NCBI RefSeq assembly: GCF_028641065.1
Contig: NC_073403.1
Span: 30,876,001 to 30,940,000, forward strand
From: Leucoraja erinacea
Lineage: Eukaryota
DNA: 64,000 nt
Direction: 5' to 3'
Each line of letters begins with the position of its first letter. Within the stretch, counting starts at the first letter, position 1. This document shows positions 24,033-36,685 of this stretch, in pieces. A program made the position numbers and the translations under genes. The notes below the pieces were generated by a model. That model ran no database searches, was not told the DNA's origin, and saw only the letters and a program-made list of their open reading frames with translations.

Positions 24033-24727
24033 ATGGTTTTGGGCAGTGTTTGCAGAGTTTGGATTGTGTGTGTGTTGTTATCCGGGACCCTGAGCCTGGG
24101 CTGTGAGAGGATGCAGTTAATGCAAGTTCTCAACACGGAAACTCTGGGCAAATTGAATGATATGGTGAGTTGTCCCAGCTCCCAATGACCGATCCGACAC
24201 TCTTCGTCCGGGCTTTTTGTTAAAAAGTGAGTGATTACACTCCTGTTCTGCACTCAGTATCTACCCCATCGCTCTATCCATTGTACTTGAGTTTGCTTAA
24301 TGGCATTGATGCATAGTAATATCTAATTAGAATGATAGCATGAAGAACAAAAGCTCTGGGGTTGTGAGTAACGAAGACATCTTATTTTCTCAGGGTGGCC
24401 ACCTACCCCGACAATGTAGGACTGAGCGGCGGTCGCTTAAAACAAAGCCCTTGGACCTGGTGGTGAAACTTTCCATGGGGGTTGAGGTGAGTAAACCCTG
24501 CATTTTTATGCTACCTACTTTGATGTAGCTGGTATGAACATTTAAAAAAAAACTGACAATAGAAGAATAGCAAATCCTTCACTCCGTTCTTATCATCACA
24601 CTCATTGCAATAATGTATTACTACATTTGATCTAATAACCGCACCTTCCAAATCACCTGCTTTCCTATGAAGGTTCTACCCTCAACCTTGTTTGTTCTCT
24701 TTCCTCCACAAATACTGCAGACCCGCT

Positions 24728-24809
<82 letters not shown>

Positions 24810-27800
24810 ACCGGCTATAGTTATTTAACTACACCTTATTATTTATGCTTTTACCTTTCTACAACGAATCTCCCAAGCCTCCAATCAACAAATAACATGT
24901 CTGCTCATATCATTTTGTCTTTCCCATCTCCACATTTTGCACCTCAAGACCATAATTTAAAGCGTTGTCGTCCCTGGATTTGTCTTTCAGGACAGGGAGG
25001 ATTTGACTGCACTTAAGTTCGGTAGAGTAGAGTCCACCTGTGTATATTGTGTACATTCATGTACATCTGGTACCACCTTGTCTTGACTGTTATGGTCCAA
25101 GGACTGGACTTTATCCTTCACATTCCTTTTGCCATCTATGCCCTTCTGTCCAACTATTTCCTCATTAAGTTATCAAACAGTGTACTTTGAAACAAATCCC
25201 AAAATACTTACTTATATTTTAAATTGATATAATGCAACCAAATTGTATAATTTTACAGTTTTAGAGTTTGGATTCTGCTTCTGACCATGTTGCAGCAAAG
25301 TGTACACATTTCCTCCTAATCATAAATAGTGTCATATCGCATTGATATAAACCCTTCAGCCTAACTCGACCCTGCCGACCAAGATGCCCCATCTAAGCGT
25401 CCCATTTGCCTACATGAGGCACATATGCCTCTAAACCTTTCCTATCCATGTACCTGTCCAAGCAACTTTTATACGCTGTCATAGTACCTACCTCAACGAC
25501 TTCCTTTGGCAGCATGTTCCATATATTCAACATCCCCTGTGTTAAAACATTCCAATTTAATCTTTCTCCTCTCACCATGAATCCATATCCCCTGATTCTT
25601 GATTTCCCTACCCTGGGTAAAAGACTGTGCATTCACCCTAACAATTTCCTTCATGATTTTATACATTCTATAAGAACTCGCTCCACCTTTTGCTCTCCAG
25701 GGAAAGAAATTCGAGCCTGCCCAGCCTTTCCCGAAAGTTCAGGCCCTTGAGTCCGGTAAACATTCTTGGAAATCTTCTCTGCATCCATTCATGCTTAATG
25801 ACATCCTTCATATAGCAGGGTGACCAACATTGAAACAATACCCTAAATGTCATCTCACCGACATCTTGTACATTGACTCCCATGGCTATCTGGACTACAT
25901 TTCTTCCCACCCCGCTTCCTGTAAGGACCCTATCCCCTACTGCCAATTCCTCCGTCTACGCCACATCTGCACCCAGGATGGGGTGTTCCAAACTAGATGT
26001 CTTCATTCTTTAGGGAACGGGGGTTCCCCTATTCGACTGTAGATGAGGCTCTCACCATGGTCTCTTCTATATCCCATAGCTCCGCTCTCACTCCCTATCC
26101 CCCCACTGGTAACAAGGACAGAATCCCCCTTATCCTCAGCTTCCACCCTACCAGCTGTCACATACAACAGATAATCCTCCGACATTTTCGCCACCTCCAA
26201 CGGGGTCCCACCATTGGCCACATCTTCCCATCACCTCTCCTTTCGGCTATTCACAGAGACCACTCCCTCCAAAGCTCCGTGGTCAATTCGTCCCTTCCCA
26301 CCCAAACCACCCCCTCCCCTGGTAGTTCCATTGCAACCGCATGAAATGCCACACTTGTCGCTTTACCTCCCCCCTCGACTCCATCCAAGGACCCAAACAG
26401 TTTTTCCAGCTGAGGCAGAGGTTCACCTGCATCTCTCCTCCAACCTCAGCTGTTTCATCTGCTGTTCTAGGTGTCAATTGCTCTACATCGGTGAGACCAA
26501 GCGCAGGCTTGGTGATCGCTTTGCCCAACACCTGCGCTCAGTTCGCATTAACCAACCTGATCTTCCAGTGGCTCAGCACTTCAACTCCCCCTCCCATTCC
26601 GAATCCAACCTTTCTGTCCTGGACCTCCTCCATGGCCAGAGTCCCACCGCAAATTGGAGGAGCAACGTCTCATATTTCACTTGGGTAATTTACGCCCCAG
26701 CGGTATGAGCATTGACTTCTCCAATTTCAGGTATTCCTTGCTTTTTCCCTCCTTCCCCTCCCTTTCTGTCTCCCCCCCCCCCCCCCAGCCTACTGTCTGC
26801 ACCTCTTCCCTTCATCTTCCACCCCCCCCCCCCCCCCGCACCCCCACATCAGTCTGAAGAAGGGTCTCAAGCCGAAACGTCACTTTTTCCCTTCACTCCA
26901 TAGATGCTGCCTCACCCGCTGAGTTTCTCCAGCATCTTTGTCTACCTTTTACATCTTGTACAAGTTGCTTCGCTCACTAGGTCTCTCCTGTGCTGCAGTC
27001 AATAATTATAAAGGTTTCCAGCTCCAGTTCTGCCTTCAATCTCATTTTTGAAATGCAGGCCCTCAGGACCGAGAATAATTTGCTTCCAGCTCTGTTCTCC
27101 CGAATCCTGCATTGTTGAAAACCCATTGTAAAGCACTAAGTCCTGCAAAATATGCTCTGAAATTTCATGTTGCTACAGCTGTCCTCAGAGGCCTTTCCTG
27201 CTGCAAATATCCTCCCATAACCCTCACCCTAAAATCGCACTCTGCAGCAAACTATATTCCTGGATTGATGGAGATCCATATTAGGTCGATATAGCTGTAA
27301 AATGCTTTAAGATTCTCCAGGCTGCCTAACCATTTTAAAGTATCAGGCTGGTGTAGCCTGTGCTGTAAAGTCACATATTGCTGTAACTCTGTCGCATGCC
27401 GGGAGGAGATCTTTGAAAGGCCTGGCACTATTATCCCTTGCCCTGCCAAATTTCTAGTTCTTACCATACAATTATTTAGGTTGGGCATTTGCGTAATTTC
27501 CTATTTAATCTTTCCTCACTATACCTTCACTTACCTCCATCTTAAACATTCTCGTACAACTTCATAATGACTTGATACAACTTCCCTTATTTATTCAACC
27601 CAGATTTCTTTTCCCTCTCTTTGCCACAACTCATGTAACTTGGTACCATTCTTTTGAACTTGTGTTTAGCAACTTGGATATCATAAATGCACCAGAGGCG
27701 TTGCTGGTTGATCATTAACTATTTTACCAACTATTCATCTGGATCTGAACTCCTTTCAGTGCTCCAGTTGAGTGCTTATTATTTACTGCTGGTATTTAAC

Positions 27801-28349
27801 TTACTGATAATAGTTTTAAGAGCACTCTAGAGCAATTCTAATGTGAAATGGGACAAAACACCCACTAATGCCACTGTGTGTGTTTTGCACAGGCCCAGGA
27901 CAGGATCCAGATTGTCCATCAAACACTGCATCACCTCAGCAAGATCTACAGCATGAACCTGAGCTCAGTAACGTGGGTCCAGGCCACAGTGGAGCACTTC
28001 AGGCTTCTCCTGGATCGGCAGCTCACGGAGCTGGAAGTCTGTGTCAGGAAACCAAGCACAGGGTCTAGGGCAAGGAAGAATGCCACAGTTCGTAAATACT
28101 TCAGGAAACTGAGAAGGTTTCTGAAACAGAAGGTGAGCTGATTGACATGAAACATTGTGATTACCAACAGATTTTACAGGCAATTTATATCTGTTACACA
28201 ATCTAATATATTGTTTTGACTTTTTCCCTTTTCAGGGATTCAGTGACTGTGCCTGGGAAATTACTCGCGCTGAGACCAGGGCGCATTTACAACAGCTCCT
28301 TCTCATCATGGCAACAATCAGCAGGGAACAGCAGGGAAGACTCAAGTGA
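24033..28349 (+). CDS. Type I interferon gene C; join(24033..24164,24394..24486,27893..28132,28236..28349); 192 aa
   Basis: Exon 1: MVLGSVCRVWIVCVLLSGTLSLGCERMQLMQVLNTETLGKLNDM. Exon 2: GGHLPRQCRTERRSLKTKPLDLVVKLSMGVE. Exon 3: AQDRIQIVHQ...KYFRKLRRFLKQK. Exon 4: GFSDCAWEITRAETRAHLQQLLLIMATISREQQGRLK*. Close paralog of gene A. Confidence 0.93.
24729..24805. repeat. (CA)n microsatellite in IFN-C intron 2
   Basis: Direct reading. Confidence 0.95.
25875..26950 (+). mobile_element. Penelope-like element 3' portion (GIY-YIG) in IFN-C intron 2
   Basis: CSRCQLLYIGETKRRLGDRFAQHLRSVR; homologous to 58817-59926 but frameshifted. Ends in the 3' repeat with the hammerhead motif. Inserted into a CR1 fragment. 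Confidence 0.85.
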
Positions 28350-30614
28350 CATGGAGACGGAGAACGATTATGATATATTTAAGATAACCCCTTTCTTTGT
28401 GAATGGTGTTTTAAAAACGTTGTTAATTTATTGTCATTTATTGAAGGTTATGCATTTGGCAACACTTTTTACATTGATATCTTTTATTGAGGGCAAGGTT
28501 CTAACATAATTATTCTCAATGTCACTCTTTTATTTAAGTNNNNNNNNNNNNNNNNNNNNNNNNNNNNNNNNNNNNNNNNNNNNNNNNNNNNNNNNNNNNN
28601 NNNNNNNNNNNNNNNNNNNNNNNNNNNNNNNNNNNNNNNNNNNNNNNNNNNNNNNNNNNNNNNNNNNNNNNNNNNNNNNNNNNNNNNNNNNNNNNNNNNN
28701 NNNNNNNNNNNNNNNNNNNNNNNNNNNNNNNNNACACATATATATGNNNNNNNNNNNNNNNNNNNNNNNNNNNNNNNNNNNNNNNNNNNNNNNNNNNNNN
28801 NNNNNNNNNNNNNNNNNNNNNNNNNNNNNNNNNNNNNNNNNNNNNNNNNNNNNNNNNNNNNNNNNNNNNNNNNNNNNNNNNNNNNNNNNNNNNNNNNNNN
28901 NNNNNNNNNNNNTCATATGTATGTGTGTGTATATTTATATTTAATTAATATGATATATATATACACAAATATTTACAGTGTATGTATATATCAAACACCA
29001 TCTCAGAGTTAATTTAACTTATTGATATTTGTTGCTTTATTATTGTTCTGTAAGGAAATTCAGTGAATGATTCTGTTTTGTCCAACTCCTGCTCGGATAG
29101 AGTAGCTAATGCAGCAACTCTCAGATTCATGACAAGTGCACTGTGTGCATCTTACCTGTCTCACTGTTCTTCTGTTCATTCCACCTGTATTGGTTGATGC
29201 TACTTTAGTTCATCCTCCACAATGAACTAAGTGATGTTTCGCATTCAATGGTTTTATACCAATGTAATGTTTTTGTACAATATGCAAATGACTAAAACAA
29301 GAAAGCACCTTTAATATTTATTGAGAATTATGATAGGTTATTTTAGAGACTGTAGTTTTAAGTACATAGTGTGCTATTATTCTCAAAACGTTTGTCTTGA
29401 TTTTGTAGTGACTTTATGAATTGGAGAATGGTAGATTTTTGTGCCTTCTCAAAGACCATTTCCTTAATTTCTATTTCGTTCTCTGTAGCTTCTGATTGAA
29501 TCGCTACTACTCCAATTGCAATATGCTTTTGGAATGTCCAAACCATCACTCAGCCTCTTATTTCTGTCAAGAGTACTGTGGGCACTTGCAGGTTGAATTT
29601 ACGGGCTGATGAGACTTAATCTCTACCCATTTGCTGTTAAAGAAAACATTAAAACACACCACAAAGATCGGGAAGGCAATCAAGACTTATTTAAGAGCAT
29701 CAAATACAGCGATCACTGGGAGCAATCTAGCAGATTAATCACCGAACAAAGATTCATCTGCTCCTAATATACAGAATCTACCTTTAATGTGTCGTGTACT
29801 GTTTGTTGCAGGCACTTAAGCATGTTTTCTTCTTCAGAATTGGTTTTATAACAACCATAAATCATGCACCTCCAAAAGACACAGATCAACAAATACAACT
29901 CAATCCCACCCCATGGCAGATAACCAGAAGTCCTGTTATCTACCTAATTTGATTGTTTTGGCATTGAAGTTTGTCCTTCCACACTGCACAATGATGCTTA
30001 AGTGCTTGTTCCTTCAGAGCATAAATTCACCTCTGGTCATCTTATTTAATATTTATTCAGTGTTATGTCCTCAGTTCTGTAGAGTTGAAATTCTTTGTTA
30101 AGTTATTAATATTTAATGAGCCGTTTACAGTTTATAATGTTTTTGTTTTGATATTTTTTTATTGAAGATGAGTATCTAAATAAATTATTTTCAAAGTTAC
30201 ACTTTTATTTGTGTCCATTGACTGCCTTACTGTGCATAACTTCTCTAATTTCTTCTTGCTCCCTGTTAAAGGCTGTTCCCCTCATTTTGTTCTCCACTTT
30301 GTAATGTCCTATGACATTGATCAGTCAAATCCTCTGATCGCACTTTGAACTGATTTGGCCCAATCTCCCATTTCCTGGATGGGGGACTGATTTCATATCT
30401 TGGTATTTATCTTTGTATTGTCCTCTTGAATGATGCTGGGGTAAGCCCAAAATGTCCCACAGATAGTGAAAGGAAGATAGTGATCATCCCACATATAACA
30501 GATAGTGCTGTTATGAAGATAAAGGGCATTCAGTGGGTGAGAGCAGATCGTCAATGAGAAGGTAAATGCATTGGAAGTCTTTTATTTAACTCTGAAGTTC
30601 CATATTTACAACAC

Positions 30615-30908
30615 GGCACATTGGCACAGTGGTAGAGTTACTGCCTTACAGCACTAGAAACCCAGGTTCAATCCTGAGTACGTGCTGTGTGTACAGAGTT
30701 TGTATGTTCTCCCTTTGCATGCATGTTCTCCGGATGTTCTTGTATCCTCACACATTACAAAGACATGCAGATTTGTAGGTTAATTGACTCCTGTAAATTG
30801 TCTTAAGACAGAACTAGTGAATGCGTGATTGCTGGCCAGCGCAGGCTTGTTGGGCTGAAAGGCCTGTTTTCATGCCGTTTCTCTAAATATCTACACTATA
30901 TTAAACTA
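30615..30908 (+). mobile_element. tRNA-derived SINE (V-SINE/HE1-like); other copies at about 52680-52990 (-), 13400-13577, 33205-33340, 47890-48065
   Basis: A box TGGCACAGTGG, B box GGTTCAATCC, central TTTGTATGTTCTCCC domain and a TAAAC-type tail. Confidence 0.7.
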
Positions 30909-31304
30909 ACTAGACCAAGTGCAGACTTGGGGGTCTGTTCGTGACGTGCGGTTGTGGGGGGGTGGGGGGGGGGGGGGGGGGAGGCAGCATGCAGCGTCAC
31001 ACACACTAACTATCCCCCCCTCCCCCCGCACTCACATTTATTACCCCCCTTGATATTATATTAATATTATTAATTTGCTCCTTTTACCCCATAACCATAC
31101 TATCTACTGATGCATAGTCCCCAAAATAAAAAGCATTTTGATTCTCTTATTAATCTATTCCAATACAATTTTAATGCATTTTGTCTCAAATCATTGTCTC
31201 TAAAACTAATGGTGCTGTTAACATGAGGCTCACTGACGTGCAATGGCCAAGTTATTCCTCCATATCTGAAGATGATTGGAAATATATAAGCAGAGCAGTC
31301 ACTA

Positions 31305-31860
31305 CCTCAATCCATATGAGGTGCTGTTCCACCAATTTCAGGTGGTGCTCGCTCTGACCATGGAGGAGACCCAGGGCAGAGAGGTCGGATATGGTATGGG
31401 AGGGGTAGTTGAAGTGCTGAGTCACCAGGAGGTCTGGTGACTTTAATGCAGACCGAGTGGAGGTGTTCGGAAACGATCGCCAAGCCTCCGCTTAGTCTCA
31501 CCGATGTAGATCAGCTGATATCTAGAGCAGCGGATGCAATAGATGAGGTTGGAGGAGATGCAGGTGAACCTCTGTCACGCCTGGAATGACTGCTTGGGTC
31601 CTTGAATGGAGTCGAGGGGGGAGGTAAAGCGACAAGTGTAGCATCTCTTGCGGTTGCAAGGGAAAGTTCCCGGGGAGGGGGTGGTACGGGAGGGAAGGGA
31701 AGAATTGACAAGGGAGTTGCGGAGGGAGCGGTCTTTGCGGAAAGCAGATATGGGGGGTGATGGGAAGATGTGGCGAGTGGTGGGGTCACGTTGGAGGTGG
31801 CGAAACTGACGGAGGATTACTTGTTGTATGTGACGGCTAGTGGGGTGAAAGGTGAGGACT
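31305..31860 (-). mobile_element. Penelope-like element fragment
   Basis: High similarity to 58870-59420 (GIY-YIG region). Confidence 0.8.
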
Positions 31861-33677
31861 AGTACACAGCAGTTTATTTGCTGCCTTACTGCACCAGAGA
31901 CCCAGGTTCAACTCTTGACTATTGGTACTGCTTCTTTGGAGTTGGTATGTTCTCCCTGTGACTGCAAGGGTTTTTCCAGGTGCTCTGGATTCTTCCCACA
32001 CTCCAAAGGCATACAAGTTCGTCGGTTGGGTAGGAAGGAAATGCAGATGCTAGTTTAGATAGATAGATAATTTATTATCACATGTGACATCTCACAGTGA
32101 AATTCTTTGTTTTGCATATCATACACCAGGTATAGGTTGCCGACACAGTTGCAAAGTATTGATTACAGTCCCTAATGGTCCCTCTTTGTTCTCGGTGCCA
32201 ATCCCGCTCCCCCACGCTGGGTCCCTCTTGGTGGCACGTTCTCGGTGGCACGTCCTCATCTGACCTCCGGCACCCACCGCGCTCCTGTCCTCAGCCGCCC
32301 ATTGCCGGGTCCTCTATCGGACAGTTCCACAGTGCTTGCCAGGGGCTTCCAACTGCCCTCCTCACTACAATTTGGCTAAAATTGTTTTCGGTAAAATCAT
32401 AAATTGTCCCTAGTGTGTAGGATAGAGCTTGTGCACTGGGTGATCGCAAATCAGAACAGTCTTGTTGGGCAGAATTGCCAGATTCCGTGCTGCATTTCTA
32501 AAGTTTAAAGCAATGACTAAAATCTCTAAACTATCTCTGTCCATTCCTATCCATACTCTTTATATTAATGAGAATCAAAAAATTACAGATTTTGTCTGTT
32601 GAAATAAAAACAGAGAATGCTGTAAAACTCAGATGCTGCCTGACCAGCATTTTCTGTTTCTCCATTTTCTCTGTGATAATTGTGCCGTTGGCTGTGGTCC
32701 CTACCACTGGTAATTTTCCAATCCAATTTTAAATTGCATTCACTCTTCCTTTGCCTGTCTCTTTTCACTTGTTTATAAAAAGCATTTTGATTCTCTTATT
32801 AATCTATTCCAATACAATTTTAATGCATTTGCTTTGTATCTTATTTCCTTAGTCAGATTACATCTGTGCTTTCTCAAGCAGTTTGGTTGTTCAATTGCTT
32901 TCAGTGGTTGGCATTTATCATGGATCTTCTTTTCCTATTCAGTTTTAAACTCTGTAGGGAAATCTGCCTTTGAATGTTTTTCTTTCCCAATTTGTATTAA
33001 ATTGCATTTCACTTGGGGCTAAATTTCTTAGTTTATTATCATTAATAATTCTCTAAGTGGGTATGACTGCTCTGTGTTAATTGCTCCTTATCTTTTCTAC
33101 TGAGTTCCATAAGCACTCTAAGCTAACTCCAACTCTACGGGATCTGGTCTCCCATTAACATTGTGGTGTGAGCAGGATTCACATTGTCCTTTAAACACAA
33201 CATCACAAGTTTTGTAGATTAATTGGCTTTGGTAAAAAAAAAAGTAAATTGCCCCTAGTATGATGGGTCGGCTTGGACTCGGTGGGCTGAAGTGTCGGTT
33301 TCCAAGCTGTATCTTTAAACTAAACTAAACTAAACTAAACAAGTGTGACATCCATGACATAAACGTGGGGGTGAATCTGGACCACATGATACAGAGGAAC
33401 TCTTCCATCTTCTCCTGGATTAACAAAAGATGAAATAGATGGTGAAATGTGAAATTTTACATTTTAGTAGGAAGGAAGAGAAGATCCAATAAAAGCAAGA
33501 GAGCATATTTCTGAAAAACTCACAAGGTAAGAGAGGTCTGTGGATTTGTGGAGGAAAGATGGAAACTGGCAGAGTGGTGTAAGGAAGTGATTAAAAAAAT
33601 TCATTTGATCCTGAGCCTGATAAAAAGGGAGATAGAGTACAAAAGATAAGTCACGGTGAACCTTTATAAAATAAAGT

Positions 33678-36600
33678 GTAGACAACAATGCTGGAGAAAC
33701 TCAGCGGGTGAGACAGCACCTATGGAGCGAAGGAATAGGTGACGTTTCGGGTCGAGACCCGTCTTCAGTCTGATGTGAGGGTGGGGGGGGGGGGGGGGGG
33801 GGGGAAGACGAAAGGATGAGGCGGAGACAGTAGGCTGTGGGAGAGTTGGGAAGGGGAGGGGAAGAAGGGAGAAAGCAAGGACTACGGGATATTGGAGAAA
33901 TCAATTTCATATCGCTGGGGTGTAAACTACACAAGCGAAATATGAGGTGCTGCTCCTCCAATTTGCGCTGGCATTCACTCTGGCCATGGAGGAGGCACAG
34001 GATAGAAAGGTCAGATTCGGAATGGGAGGGGGAGTTGAAGTGTTGAGCTACCGGGAGATCAGGTTGGTTAATGCGCACAGATCGGAGATGTTGGGCGAAG
34101 CCATCGCCAAGCCTGCGCTTGTTCTCACCGATGTTAAGCAGTTGACACCTAGAACAGTGGATATAATAGATGACCAGGGAGTTATGGAGGGAGTTGTCTC
34201 TGCAGAAAGTTGAAAGGGGAGAAGATGGGAAGATGTGGCGAGTGTTGGAATCCCATTGAAGGTGGCGAAAATGTTTGAGGATTATCTGTTGTATGTGACG
34301 GCTGGTAGGGTGGAAGGTGAGCACAAGGAGGGCTCTGTCCTTGTTACGAGTGGGGGGATGGGGAGTGAGAGGAGAGCTACGGGATATAGAGGAGATCCTG
34401 GTTAGAGCCTCATCTATAGTCGAAGAGGGGAACCCCCGTTCCCCAAAGAATGAGGACATCTCCGATGCCGTGGTTTGGAACACCTAATCCTGGGTGCAAA
34501 TGTGGCATAGACGGTGGAATTGGGAGTTGGGAGTTGGGGATAGAATCCTTATACGAAGCAGGGTGGGAAGAAGTGTAGTCCAGATAGCCATGTGAGTCAG
34601 TGTTTTTGTACTAGATGTCGGTCAGTAGTCTGTTACCTGCATTGGAGACAGTGAGGTCTAGAATCGGTAGGGAGATGTTGGAAATGGTCCAGGTGAATTT
34701 GAGTGCCGGTTGGAAGTTAGTGGTGAAATGGATGAAGTCAGTGAGTTCTGCATTGGTGCAGGACAGGCACGTGTTGTGAGTGATTACTCAGGGTAGGCAG
34801 TCAGTCGGCTTTGAAAACAAACCTTAAACTGCGCATGCGCAGATTGTTCTCTCCGTAAAAATAAAAAATAAAAATAAAGACAGTAACAATTCAATTTGCC
34901 CAAGGTTTCCAAGTCTCCTTTATTCTGAATTACTGAATGGGTGGGGGGCTGAAGGGTGATGGCAGGTGGAGAGATGGTGGGGAAAACGAGAGTACAGGGA
35001 AAGGTTGAAAAGTTGTTATCTTATTGAATGACAACACTTGTTCAAGGGACCAATTGGGGGGAGAGTTCCTTTCACAGTGTGTGGAGAGTCTGTGCCAGGG
35101 GTTAAAGTTGCGGGGAGGGCAGGAGCGTTGAGAAGGAGGGGGTCGGGGATAATGCCAGTAACTCACTCACTCACCGCTGCTGCGGCACTCCGGGCGCGGC
35201 GCCACCGCATTGTAGCCGGGGATAGCAGCTCAGGGGGCTGCGAGTGGCCGCCGGGACCCGACAGCAGAACTAGCCGCCACTTCAGCGCCTTCTGCCAGCC
35301 CACTCATCTTTGGCAGTGCTTTCCGTCTGAACACCTCTCATCCGCCGCTCGCCGACTTCGCTCATGACAGCCGCTTCCCGCAAATCCTTAAATTCCCACA
35401 GCCGAGTAACCTCAATCGCGCTGTTGGAATTTAAAGATTTGCGGGAAGCGGCTGACATGAGTGAGGCCAGCGAGCGGCAGGAGAGAGGTTTTCAGACGGA
35501 GAGATGCCAGAGGTGAGCGGGGGCCGGCAGAAGGAGCTGAGGGGGCGGCTGGTTCCGCTGTCCAGCCCAGCGGCCACTCACAGCCACCCAAGCTGCTTCC
35601 CTCCCCGGCCTCAATGCGGTGGCTCCGTGCAAGGAGCGTCGCAAGTGTCATGATCCCGACCCCTCGTTCACAATATTCGTGCCCTCCCCGCAACTTTACC
35701 CCGGGCCAGACTCCCCAAACGCTGTGAAAGGAACTCTCCCTCCACCACCACACCTTGGGAAATACGGTATTTAAAAAAATAAAGCACCAAGAAATGTACT
35801 TACCACATTATCGGTGCACGAAATACATTCTTCTCTCTTTGTTTCCTAAGATACACTTATAATAATGACAATCCATATTTGAAAACCCCGCCAAAAAACT
35901 AGCGGTACTGCAAAGGCAGAATTCTGCTGCCTTCAGTCTCGCTTGTCATTGACGGCTTGAAGCAGCGCTGACGGCATGTGGGCTGCACAGACCTTCAAGG
36001 GTTACAAGTGCTGCGGATGAAAAGCACGGAGAATTATGCCTACTTAATAGATCGAACTCTTAGATAGGCATAATTCTCCTACGCCTTTACTATTTATATT
36101 TAGTAATTACCATTTTATAATTTTGGTCAGGGTAGGAAGTGCCTACCTTGCCCACCCTGACGGCACGTGCCTGGTGCAGGAGGTAGCACCAATGCAGTCT
36201 TCAATGTCGCGGAGGTAGAGTTCGGGGATAGGGCCATGGTACGCCTCGAACAAGGATTGTTCAACGTACCCTACAAAGAGGCAGGCATAGCTGGGGCCCA
36301 TGCGCGTGCCCATAGCTACGCCTTGGATTTGGAGGAAATGGGAGGAGTTAAAGGAAAAGTTGTTGAGGGTTAGGACCGGCTAGGTGGAGGAGAGCATCGG
36401 TAGAAGGGGATTGGTTGGTTCTGCGGTCGAGACCCTTTAAGACCCTCCTGGTGGGGGATGGAGGTGTAGAGTGACTGGACATCCATGTTGAAGATGAGGG
36501 AGTGAGGGCCTGGAAAAGTCATGGAGGAGATGAAGAGCGTGTGAGGTGTCTTGGACATAGTTAGGGCGGGATTTGACCATGGGGGGTAGGATGGAGTCGA

Positions 36601-36685
36601 GGTATGTTGAAATAAGTTGGGTGGGACAAGAAAAAGCAGAACCAATGGGTCTGCCAGGACAGTCAGGTTTGTGGATTTTGGGGAA
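33678..36685 (-). mobile_element. Penelope-like element interrupted by a hAT element
   Basis: ORF 33701-34483 encodes the GIY-YIG region. RT motifs (DVQSLYTSIP, GVAMG) at 36174-36680 continue the sequence across the insertion. Confidence 0.85.
34764..36173. mobile_element. Non-autonomous hAT DNA transposon
   Basis: TIRs CAGGCACGTG / CACGTGCCTG; 8-bp TSD GTGCAGGA at 34756-34763 and 36174-36181. Confidence 0.85.
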
